The translations under genes and the position numbers were made by a program. The notes beneath the pieces were generated by a model, which had not been told where the DNA came from, did not search any database, and was given only the letters and a program-made list of their open reading frames with translations. A stretch of 64,000 nucleotides of DNA from Desulfatiglandales bacterium (lineage in GTDB: Bacteria > Desulfobacterota > DSM-4660 > Desulfatiglandales > HGW-15): NCBI GenBank assembly GCA_963667015.2, contig CAXXJJ010000004.1, positions 512,001-576,000 on the forward strand, written 5' to 3'. Shown piece by piece: positions 41,072 to 50,005 of the stretch; the stretch's first letter is position 1, and every line of letters starts with the position of its first letter.

Positions 41072-42058
41072 TTAGTTTTGGTCGCTAGACGTCTTCTCCT
41101 TCCAACTACCATGAAAATTAAGCCATGCTTTTTGGGAATTAACTATCCCTTCACATACCTTCATCTGTGACTCAGAGAGAATACCTTTAGCAAGTGAAGC
41201 ATAATTTTCAATTAATTTTATATTCCATTCAAGGTTATCCTTCCTCATCCGCTCAAAGCTCTCCTTATCCGGCCCGTCATCATTTATTTTATATGACTGG
41301 GCCTCTTTCTCCTGTTCCTCCTGGGCATCCTGCCTGTAGCTATACATTTGGGCAATCAGGTCTTTTTCTTCCTCTTTTTCAAGCCTGTCATTACCCAGCA
41401 TTTCTTTTAATTCATTTAGAAATTCCCTTTCTTTGCCTGTTTTTTCATATTCCTTTAACTGAGCAAGATCCTCTTCGGACAGCAGTTTTGCTATTTCTTC
41501 ATCATATTCGGATTTTATTTTCTCACCCTGCTGGATCTGTTCTGCCATATTTTCATTTATATTTCCGGGTTGGAAATCAATTAAGCCCGGAACGCTGCCT
41601 CTTAATTCAGTATCTCTTTCATTATACAGGCCAAGCAGTTTTTCGTTTAGATCAGGTGGCAAACTGTTTTCTCCTACAAAATCCTTTATAAATTCCATGG
41701 AATAATCGGCCTGAGAAAGAGTGCCTGTTTTACGCCATACCGAGGCTGAGGAATCAACCCTTTTCTTATATTCATCCAGGGTCTCTATAAGATAATCCTG
41801 CCATGCCTGCATATCGGCAATCTGGGTCTCAAGCTCAGTTATTTTCTTTTTATATCTTGCTTCATCATCCGGTAACAGGTTTTTTCCCGATAATTTCCCG
41901 TCTGTTTTATTTTCTGTCCGGATTTTTACATCAAACCTCTCTTTCAATTTAATGAGCTCTCTTCCCCGCAGATAAAGGGTTGTAGATATTATAAGTACAA
42001 GGATAAAAAGAATGGCCTGAATAACATGTATCACTTTATTTGATGTGGTTTGTTTCAT
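41072..42058 (-). CDS. TM-anchored coiled-coil/helical protein, paralog 1
   Basis: MKQTTSNK plus one TM; IADMQAWQDYL; AKGILSESQM. Confidence 0.75.
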   Translation of the reverse strand: MKQTTSNKVIHVIQAILFILVLIISTTLYLRGRELIKLKERFDVKIRTENKTDGKLSGKNLLPDDEARYKKKITELETQIADMQAWQDYLIETLDEYKKRVDSSASVWRKTGTLSQADYSMEFIKDFVGENSLPPDLNEKLLGLYNERDTELRGSVPGLIDFQPGNINENMAEQIQQGEKIKSEYDEEIAKLLSEEDLAQLKEYEKTGKEREFLNELKEMLGNDRLEKEEEKDLIAQMYSYRQDAQEEQEKEAQSYKINDDGPDKESFERMRKDNLEWNIKLIENYASLAKGILSESQMKVCEGIVNSQKAWLNFHGSWKEKTSSDQN

Positions 42059-42059
42059 T

Positions 42060-43100
42060 TTATTCCTTATCCTTTTCTGCCTCATTACCATTAGCAGTAG
42101 TATTATCCGGAGGCAAATAAGGAGATCTCATCGAATTAATCATTCCTTCAAACTTCACCATCTGTGACTCTGTGAGAATACCTTTTGCAGATTCAACATA
42201 AGCCGTATATGTTTTTATCATACTTTCTGTACCCTCTTTCATTATCCTGTTTAATGTCTCCTCATCTATTTTCTTTTCAGGGACTAAATTAGCCACCGCA
42301 TAAGGTATATCTTTTAACTCTTCAGCGTAAGTTGTATAAGTCTGAGTATCTTTATACAATGATTCAATCAGCGCCTTCTCCTTCTCTCTTTCAAGTGTAT
42401 CATCACCAAGCATTGTTTCAAAATTAAATACCAGAGCTCTTTCCATACTCCTTTTCTCATATTCCTTAAACAAAGCAAGCCCGCCTTCGGGTAGAAGTTC
42501 TGCTATTTTTTCATCATACTGGGCCTTGATTGCTTCAGTCTGCCTGTTAAATTCTATATTTTTGGAATAGTCCTTTGGATTTTCCCAGTCCTTCGGGGCA
42601 TTCTGCATGTGTTCGAGTACTATATTGTTCTTTTCAAGAACCAGACCAACCAGTTTTTCATTTAACTCTGGAGGATAATCATTTTGATCAAAAAAATCCT
42701 TATACAAGGAGAGATTTAATCTGCGCCCATTATAATCCCCCCTTGCCTTTGAAACAGCATCCATTTCAGAAGCTTTGGTAGCATCCTTCTCTCCATATTC
42801 ATTCACTGTCGCTTCCAGATGATCCTGCTTTTTCTGCATGTCAGCAATCTTATTCTCAAGCCTGGTGATTTTCTTTTGATATGTCTCTTTAATATTCTGT
42901 ATTGGGCTTTTCTCCAGGGAGCTTTCGCCTGATTTAATTTCTCGTTGTAAATTTTCAAACTTGTTGTTTACATCCGATCTTTCTTTATATTTGCTGAATT
43001 GTCTTTCCTGTAAATAAAAAGCTGCAAGCAGAATAACTGCAAGCATGGAAAGTACGGCCAGAATAACATGATTCTTTTTGTTTGATGTGGTTTTCGTCAT
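42060..43100 (-). CDS. TM-anchored coiled-coil/helical protein, paralog 2
   Basis: MTKTTSNKKNH plus one TM; IADMQKKQDHL; AKGILTESQM. Confidence 0.75.
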   Translation of the reverse strand: MTKTTSNKKNHVILAVLSMLAVILLAAFYLQERQFSKYKERSDVNNKFENLQREIKSGESSLEKSPIQNIKETYQKKITRLENKIADMQKKQDHLEATVNEYGEKDATKASEMDAVSKARGDYNGRRLNLSLYKDFFDQNDYPPELNEKLVGLVLEKNNIVLEHMQNAPKDWENPKDYSKNIEFNRQTEAIKAQYDEKIAELLPEGGLALFKEYEKRSMERALVFNFETMLGDDTLEREKEKALIESLYKDTQTYTTYAEELKDIPYAVANLVPEKKIDEETLNRIMKEGTESMIKTYTAYVESAKGILTESQMVKFEGMINSMRSPYLPPDNTTANGNEAEKDKE

Positions 43101-43160
43101 TTTTTTCTCGAATTTAAACAATGATTCTGTTCTACTGAGGACCATAGTTCGCAGATAAAA

Positions 43161-43320
43161 TGTATAAAGGGAGACGTCCTTAAATAATCAAATAACATTT
43201 TCCCCTCTTGTTAAAATCAGAACACCTAATAATTTTTATTTTGGAAGACTTGTAAGGCAGTAAATCATTATACCTGAATTGATACAGTTATTCTTAAAAC
43301 TTATTTAAGAATAATTCAAG
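43161..43320. repeat. Copy of the 159-bp element
   Basis: Near-identical to 38743-38901. Confidence 0.92.
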
Positions 43321-43523
43321 AAGGAAAAGCTAGAGATCAGGAAAAGCTAGAGGTCAGAAAAAGCTAGAGGTCAGAAATCAGAGATCAGAGGTCGGAGACA
43401 TAAGTCAGGCTGCCGCCTTCGCTGAAGCTTCGTCGTGCCATGGAAAAACAGAGGTCAGAAATCTGCGGTCAGGGCCTGCTGCGGTTTATTCAATGAATTT
43501 ATTTACCCGCATTTCCAAAGAAA

Positions 43524-43976
43524 TTATTTAAAATTATACCTGAATGACAGGGTTACCTTCTTATCTGCACCGAAATTAATATGAATATTGTCCGCTTTCT
43601 CAAAAAAAGCATCATAGAGGAACAATGTTACGAAGTTTCCTAACGCAGCGCCGGCCAATACGTCAGTCGGATAGTGGGCACCAGCCTCAACTCTTGCCCA
43701 GGCGGTTGAATAAGCAAATACAGTTTCAACCGACTTTGCACTGTATTTCCCAAAAGGCCTGATATTAAGCTCATCAATATTTCGATATGTCATTCCTGTA
43801 TATGCAAAGGCCCTGGTGCTGTGTCCGGATGGAAATCCTTCTGTATCTCCATTAGGACGGTCCCGGTCTGTAATTTTCTGGATTGGGATTCGGGCTGTTG
43901 TAGCAGCAATGACTCCCACTTGTTCAAAGACCAATCGCTCAACCGCAGTGCCCCAGCAACTGCGTAAAAACGAATT
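43524..43976 (-). pseudogene. 5'-truncated PAP2-family phosphatase
   Basis: KITDRDRP, FPSGHS and ARVEAGAHYPTDVLAG motifs; frame runs up to the hairpin at 43978 without an ATG start. Confidence 0.78.
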
Positions 43977-43977
43977 G

Positions 43978-44026
43978 GTGTCAGGTCTTCACAATTCACA
44001 ACCTGTCAAAAGTGCAGACCTGACAC
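43978..44026. repeat. 49-bp GTGTCAGGTC..GACCTGACAC hairpin (inverted copy at 53000-53048)
   Basis: 11-bp perfect terminal stem; reverse complement aligns end to end with 53000-53048. Confidence 0.88.
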
Positions 44027-44084
44027 TGTTTCTTTTGCTCAGCAGTTATTTTTCATACATCCATTATCCATTTTATTAGCCCTG

Positions 44085-45044
44085 TTAATCAGATTCCTCT
44101 GTATCTGAATCTGTATTCTCAGGCATCTGAGACAGCCGATTTTCCAGCATTTTCATTCCGGATATCTGGATGTTGATATACTCATTGAACTTTTCCATCT
44201 GAATATCAGTCATTATTCCTTCAGCCGCTTCGGGGTATTCATTTAATATTTTTCTATCAGCCTCCCTTATTTTAATCCGGTCTTCTTCGCTCCGCGAGTT
44301 TCCTTTGGATTTTAGTTCTTTTATCCCCATGGAATCTTCAGTGGTCTGCCTTGTTCTATAGAATTCTGCTATCAGATCTTTTTCCTGCTGTTTATTAAGC
44401 TGATTATCTCCGGAAAGTGCAAAGTTATTAAAAGATCTTATAAAGTTTCTCACCGGCTGTGTTTCCATATATTCCTGATATGCAGTATATTCCTTTACCG
44501 ATAATAAATCTGAAAACAGGGTATCATAATCTGCTTCAATATTTCCCCATTCCTTTTGAAACTCTTCCAGATCGGCAATTTTAGAGAGTGCGTCTTTAAC
44601 TTCAAGTCCTTTTTCAATAATCAAATCAATGAATTCTGCTTTTTTATTAGCGGAGAAGTTGTTCTCTTCAAAAAATGAGTCGTAAATCGATGAGAGTGCC
44701 TGTTTTCTTTCTTTTCGTAATTTTTCATTGACCGCTATTTCCCCGCCTTCTTCTTTTTTAATAGTCTCTTCCAAATAATCCTGCCATGCCTGCATGTCAT
44801 CTATCTTTGCTTCAAGTTTTTTAATTCTGGCCTGACCGTCATTATCAGTATTTCTTTCTGACGGAATTATTTCTGTTTCTAATTCCGTTTTCTTTTTTCC
44901 TGCAAGAGTATATGTACTCGATTCATTATCTAATCTATTGATGTGTCTGTTCTGAAATAAAACCGCTATTATTAAAAACACGATAATGATACCGAGAAAT
45001 ATCGGGATAGCGTGATTCTTTTTAGTAGCTATTTGTTTTTCCAT
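44085..45044 (-). CDS. TM-anchored coiled-coil/helical protein, paralog 3
   Basis: MEKQIATKKNH plus one TM; IDDMQAWQDYL; EKDLIAEFY; AEGIMTDIQM. Confidence 0.75.
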   Translation of the reverse strand: MEKQIATKKNHAIPIFLGIIIVFLIIAVLFQNRHINRLDNESSTYTLAGKKKTELETEIIPSERNTDNDGQARIKKLEAKIDDMQAWQDYLEETIKKEEGGEIAVNEKLRKERKQALSSIYDSFFEENNFSANKKAEFIDLIIEKGLEVKDALSKIADLEEFQKEWGNIEADYDTLFSDLLSVKEYTAYQEYMETQPVRNFIRSFNNFALSGDNQLNKQQEKDLIAEFYRTRQTTEDSMGIKELKSKGNSRSEEDRIKIREADRKILNEYPEAAEGIMTDIQMEKFNEYINIQISGMKMLENRLSQMPENTDSDTEESD

Positions 45045-45256
45045 TTCATTCTCCGATTGTTAATAAATATAGTTGCTATAATCTTCCAATAGTTTTTTAA
45101 ATTTTATGGTTAAATGATAGTCACCATCTACAACGATTGTTTCAATGGCCTGAAGCCTTTTTTCAATACCTTTTGGGAATGAACAGCAGGTGGCTGCCCC
45201 TGGTTAAACAAATACAAAGCATGTTTAACATTGTAAACCTTGACATTGGACATTTT

Positions 45257-45886
45257 TCAGAGGCACAGATTTATACTTTTCACTATTGCCTCCAGCTGAT
45301 GCGCTCCTTCAGGAGTCAACAACAAAACCAGAATACCGCAGTTGATAATAACAGTTACCCAGTAGATTGCTCTGAATTTTACTTTCTTTGACTTTTGCCT
45401 CAGGAAGCTTTGTGCAATTGCCGCTCCGGGCCATCCGCCAATTAGAGAAAATATATGCAGTGTTCTTTCTCTGGTTCTCCACTCCCCAGCCCGCGCCGCT
45501 GATTTATCTGTTGCATATATGACAAAGGTTACTGCACTTACTGCGAGGTAGTAAATCATCAGGAACGGCGGCAGCTTTTTGTAAAGGATCAGGCCTGTGA
45601 TGGCGCACATGAAAAGGATGCCCAATATAAGTGCTGTAATCATCTGACCATCAGCCCTTGTAAATCCATCTTCAAGAACCTGCGGAAATACCTTTGCTGC
45701 GCAAACACGTCCTTTCTTATCCTTTGAAAGAGTGTATATTACAGAGAGCCCCTGCCTGGGCCGCTGGTGCTTTTTACTGAAGTCGTTGATGTGAAGGAAT
45801 ACTGATCTGCCGCCTTTTTTAGGGGTTATAAAACCGAATCCCTTCTCATCATCCCATTTTGTGATCGTGCCGGGTTTTGAAGACAT
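45257..45886 (-). CDS. Cold-shock domain plus DUF1294 membrane protein
   Basis: GTITKWDDEKGFGFI..VFLHI (RNP1/RNP2); YATDKSAA..ERTLH..GGWPGA. Confidence 0.9.
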   Translation of the reverse strand: MSSKPGTITKWDDEKGFGFITPKKGGRSVFLHINDFSKKHQRPRQGLSVIYTLSKDKKGRVCAAKVFPQVLEDGFTRADGQMITALILGILFMCAITGLILYKKLPPFLMIYYLAVSAVTFVIYATDKSAARAGEWRTRERTLHIFSLIGGWPGAAIAQSFLRQKSKKVKFRAIYWVTVIINCGILVLLLTPEGAHQLEAIVKSINLCL

Positions 45887-46242
45887 AATAGATTCAACCC
45901 TGTTAAATACTGCTTCGCAGTTCGCTATGCGAATTTCACTGGGTAAACATTCAAGATTCAATATTAGAAAAACAGGCTGAAGCCTTTCACCCAGTTAAAT
46001 GCTGCCTAGCAGCCCGTTTCACGGATTTAACAGGGTAAAGGCTAAAGGCTGTTAGGAAAACATATTCAATAATTAAGAAAACTTTTAAGAATGGGATGTC
46101 TAAGTCTTTGGTATTAGTGTATTTAATTACTCCCGGGATTGGGTTTAGTCAAGGGGTTTTCAATTAATAGTGCGAATTAATTGAAAAATTCAAAGTTCAA
46201 GGTTCAAGATTATAAATGCAGACTGAAGCGGTTTAGTCAGTG

Positions 46243-46616
46243 GGCTGTTAGGGAAATCAGCCGGCTTCAATGTTTTACGCCGTGCCATGGAAAAACAGAG
46301 ATCAGAAATCTGAGGGCAGTAGTCAGTGCCGCTTGCCGAAAAGCCGGTAAGATTGATCAAGTAGGAAACTGTTAAAAGCAAATAATTGGACATGGATTAA
46401 CACGGATTTTTAGGATTTTTTAAAAAACAAAAGATCAGTGTTCATCTGTGCAGATCTGTGTCCCTTAGTTCTAAATGAAGTTTCATACGAGGTAACACAG
46501 CATTGCATTGCTATTTGGCGGAAGGATATTTTGTGATAACATTCTATTATGATTTATTTATTTTGATTTTATTTTGCTATTTGGCGGATTTGCTGATATT
46601 GGCATTTCCGCCAAAT
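46243..46616. repeat. About 375-bp direct repeat, copy 1 (copy 2 at about 52165-52541)
   Basis: Near-identical from GGCTGTTAG..CCGGCTTCAATG through CCAAATAG; its 3' part is also the IS21 target near 23640-23723. Confidence 0.9.
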
Positions 46617-46683
46617 AGGGATTAATTGTGTGACGTGGGTCAACGCATACCACCCCGGTGCATTCATGGCATTTCCAGATACC

Positions 46684-47064
46684 TTATTCTGTTAATTGGA
46701 ATTTAATAACATCTGCCATGAGAGCAAAGTGTTTATCATATGTATAAATAAGACAATGATTTTGTTTTGCATTCTGTGCAATAATTAAATCTGGTATACC
46801 GATACCATTCAACCCGTTTTTGAGACATTTAAATTGAAATTCTATAATTTGATTCCAATCTATTATTAAATCCAGCTTATGAATGCTGCTTAATAATTTT
46901 ATAACATCCTTCTGGTTTCGTGCTCTTAAAGGAGGGATCAATTCGGCAAGTATTAGATCATTGGTAACAATAATATTTTCATCGATTAATAAATCAAGTT
47001 TTTCAGCATTTTTCCCGGTCCTGAAATATTCGATCCATATCGATGTGTCGACTAGTACCGACAT
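46684..47064 (-). CDS. vapC: PIN-domain toxin
   Basis: VLVDTSIWIEYF, ILAEL, PDLIIA, TYDKHF. Confidence 0.9.
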   Translation of the reverse strand: MSVLVDTSIWIEYFRTGKNAEKLDLLIDENIIVTNDLILAELIPPLRARNQKDVIKLLSSIHKLDLIIDWNQIIEFQFKCLKNGLNGIGIPDLIIAQNAKQNHCLIYTYDKHFALMADVIKFQLTE

Positions 47065-47255
47065 TTACGCCCTCTAACGGCATCCATATCAATATTGAGA
47101 TCTATTTTTCCTTTAAAATCCTTTAACCCTGATATTCTGGATTTTCTTATCAATTCTTCCAGGGCCGTGATTATGACTTTTGTTTTAGTATTAATTTGAG
47201 TGGCTTTCATGGCCTCATTTATCAAATTATCAGGTAAATCAAGTGTTGTTCTCAT
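47052..47255 (-). CDS. vapB: VapB-type (DUF2191-like) antitoxin
   Basis: MRTTLDLPDNLINEAM..TKTKVIITALEELIR; overlaps the toxin start. Confidence 0.88.
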   Translation of the reverse strand: MRTTLDLPDNLINEAMKATQINTKTKVIITALEELIRKSRISGLKDFKGKIDLNIDMDAVRGRKCRY

Positions 47256-47632
47256 TTTTACTCTCCATTCTTTAAATATGCATAAAATTATCAATTTATG
47301 CATATATTGTCAATTCGTAGGAACAATTCATTTTTTTAAGGATGTAGAGGAGGAGGTCCTTAGATAGTTGCATCCTCACGGTATGCTCCACATCTGATAC
47401 TTTTTCACTCCAGGCTGAAGGGTGGGTATTCATCAGTAACAAGCAAAATATCAGAGATCGGAAACCCCCTGTTAAATAAGATTTTATCAAATCTTTCCTT
47501 CGGAATTTAACTGTGTTCACCCTGTTAAATGCTGCTTCGCAGCCCGCCATGCGGATTTAACAGGGTAAAAAGTCGGAGGTCAGGGCCAAATCAGACTGTA
47601 GGCTGTAGGCTGAAGGCTGTTAGGGGTGTTGA

Positions 47633-49381
47633 TTAAAAATATCCCTTTATATCATAACAGCCAAGGGGACGTGCTATGGCTCCTATGACATCAAGGGTCA
47701 CACCCGAGCTATCGCCGTGATACTCAAATCCGCTGACACGCATGGTCTTTTCATTTATTGCTATGCAGGTCTCGTAGGTAGTTCCTGCCTCTTCATGCAG
47801 ATTAAAGATATATATCCCGGGGCGTAGTTTTATATAAATACATGGAGCGCTCCACTGCATGCCTAATGTTTGATCATCAGTATAAATAGTCCATGTGGCT
47901 GAACATGGTGTTGTATATAGATGCATTGAGGTCATCATTCCCCATGTCCTGCTGTATCCTTTACCGACAAGTTCATCCGTGAATTCATGCCTTATGTACT
48001 GGGGAGCTTCAATGCCTTCCATTTCAGCAATACCAAAGAAGGTCTGATAGGAGATTTCATTTGCAGAGTAATTATTCCCCATCTTTGATGCAATACATGT
48101 TGTCAGCCCGTTAGTCAGATCCAGGGCTATCTTGACGTTTTTACGCGGTCTGCTTCCGCTGTGCATATGGGCAAAGAAAACGAGATTTTCATCTATTTCA
48201 AATGCCCGGTATGATTCCTTGTGCCATTCAGTTTCCTCGGGATTCCGCCAGAGGAGTGTCTTTCTGTCAATAATCTTATATTCATAAACAGGGCCATTGT
48301 AATCATAACGCAGTATAAAATTCTTACCGACAAGCAGTTCGGTAAGGGGCAGGGCATTCTCTGACATGGTTCCGGCTGCCTTTTCTTTGGGCATGTCCGG
48401 GTCCCAGGCAAAAGATACTGTGTTTTTTTCTGCGGCCTGATGCATTTCTTCTTCACTGATACTGATAACAGACCTTCCCGGGCGATATACTAATCTCTGG
48501 CCTTTTGTTTTAACTTGTGGATCAAGCCCCATGCCAACCTTGATGATACTGCCGTCTTCATTAAAAGGCTCAAGTCTTGTAAGATGTCCAACGACTTGTC
48601 CTATTCCCCTGAACATGTAATATTCAAGTTCATCCCTTTCATTGAACCCGAGCCTCATACCTATCTGTTCTTCTGTAAATTGGTCAACAAGGTAGAGTGT
48701 CATGATGCCGGAGAATTCACATTCTGTGCGATCATAGATAAAGATATTGTCGTTAATAAGTATATAATCAGAAGTACTGCAATATCCCAGATTATTATTG
48801 TTTCTGGTCAATTCAACAAAATTAGAGGATACAACAGAGGAATATAATTCAAGGGTTTCTATGCCTGTATCCTGCTTCCAGTACATGCCTTTCCCTTCTA
48901 TCCTGTTTGTGGTGTGATGACGTTTAAGTGGAGGTTTCTTCCCGGGTACATCAATATATCCGAAATATATCTGGCGCTGTACTTCTCTGTCATCCAGATC
49001 CTGCCCCTGGTTGTCCTTTCCGCCGCAGAACCAGATCTCAAAAATGGTTACAAGATTTGTAGAGAGGTCAATAAATACATTGTATCCTTTTAAGGTGTCA
49101 GGGACCATGTGAGAAAAGAAGACCATATGCTTCAAATCAAGTGAGCCATAGTGCGCTTTTATTGATGATCCGCTGTTTTCTGTGAATTCAAGTGTGTTAG
49201 CATCTTTAAATCTGTAGCTAAGGACAGGCCCATCATCGGATATTATTTTAAAAGATTTTCCTGCCAGAGCATCCGATATTTTCGATATACATTTCGGACC
49301 TGTATCAACCCGGTTAAGCTTTTGGGAAATCTGGTCTTTGGTAAGTTTCGTATACTTAAATCGATGCATAGGTGTGTTCAT
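47633..49381 (-). CDS. MoaF-like domain protein with internal duplication
   Basis: Two similar halves (LAGKSF..DLSTNLVT..RHHTTNRIEGK and LVGKNF..DLTNGLTT..RHEFTDELVGK). Confidence 0.65.
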   Translation of the reverse strand: MNTPMHRFKYTKLTKDQISQKLNRVDTGPKCISKISDALAGKSFKIISDDGPVLSYRFKDANTLEFTENSGSSIKAHYGSLDLKHMVFFSHMVPDTLKGYNVFIDLSTNLVTIFEIWFCGGKDNQGQDLDDREVQRQIYFGYIDVPGKKPPLKRHHTTNRIEGKGMYWKQDTGIETLELYSSVVSSNFVELTRNNNNLGYCSTSDYILINDNIFIYDRTECEFSGIMTLYLVDQFTEEQIGMRLGFNERDELEYYMFRGIGQVVGHLTRLEPFNEDGSIIKVGMGLDPQVKTKGQRLVYRPGRSVISISEEEMHQAAEKNTVSFAWDPDMPKEKAAGTMSENALPLTELLVGKNFILRYDYNGPVYEYKIIDRKTLLWRNPEETEWHKESYRAFEIDENLVFFAHMHSGSRPRKNVKIALDLTNGLTTCIASKMGNNYSANEISYQTFFGIAEMEGIEAPQYIRHEFTDELVGKGYSRTWGMMTSMHLYTTPCSATWTIYTDDQTLGMQWSAPCIYIKLRPGIYIFNLHEEAGTTYETCIAINEKTMRVSGFEYHGDSSGVTLDVIGAIARPLGCYDIKGYF

Positions 49382-50005
49382 GAACTTTTCTCCCCAATTG
49401 GAAAGTTTTTATTTATCATACCAGGAAATACATCGGGACATTCTTCTGGGCCAGCCCCTTATTAAACAAATACAAAGTATCTTTAACAGGGTTTACCCTG
49501 TTTCACTTCTCTCCTGGAGATCAAGATCCGAGTTTGGGACCAATTCAAAAACTCAGACTGTGCCATAGTAGCAAAGGGATCATCCATTAAAGGGTTATCA
49601 AGTCTGCCCTTGACTCATTAATACATTAAACGTCTAAAATTAAACAGGTTATGTTTTTTCTTACAAAAGAATTGAAAGTCGGTAATGCTTTGATACTGAA
49701 ATTGTATGGTTATTCTTAAAACTTATTTAAGAATAATTCAAGAAGGAAAAGATAGAGGTCAGAAGCCAGAAGTCAGTGAAAACAGACTGAAGGCTGTAGG
49801 CTGAAGACTGTTAGGGAAAATAAACAGAGATCAGAAGTCAGAAATGAGCAGGACCAGGGGACGTCCCCTGGTCCACTATTTAGGCCTTAATTGATACCCC
49901 GCTGCCTGCTGCCGGGTAGTTCATTAATCCAGAAATCTTTTTATTTTTATTTTCTTTCTACCTATACCATGGGTGCAATACCAGTGTAATTCAGCCTTCC
50001 TGAAG

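Noticed and set aside
22651..45886. Diversity-generating retroelement template/variable repeat pair
   Set aside because: No reverse transcriptase in the window, and differences between the duplicated genes look like scattered, largely synonymous changes rather than adenine-specific ones
46181..46393. ORFs 46181+, 46190- and the twin 52112-
   Set aside because: They lie within the 375-bp repeat with no protein-like features; likewise 17866, 23683, 26334 and 47296 fall in repeats or IS ends
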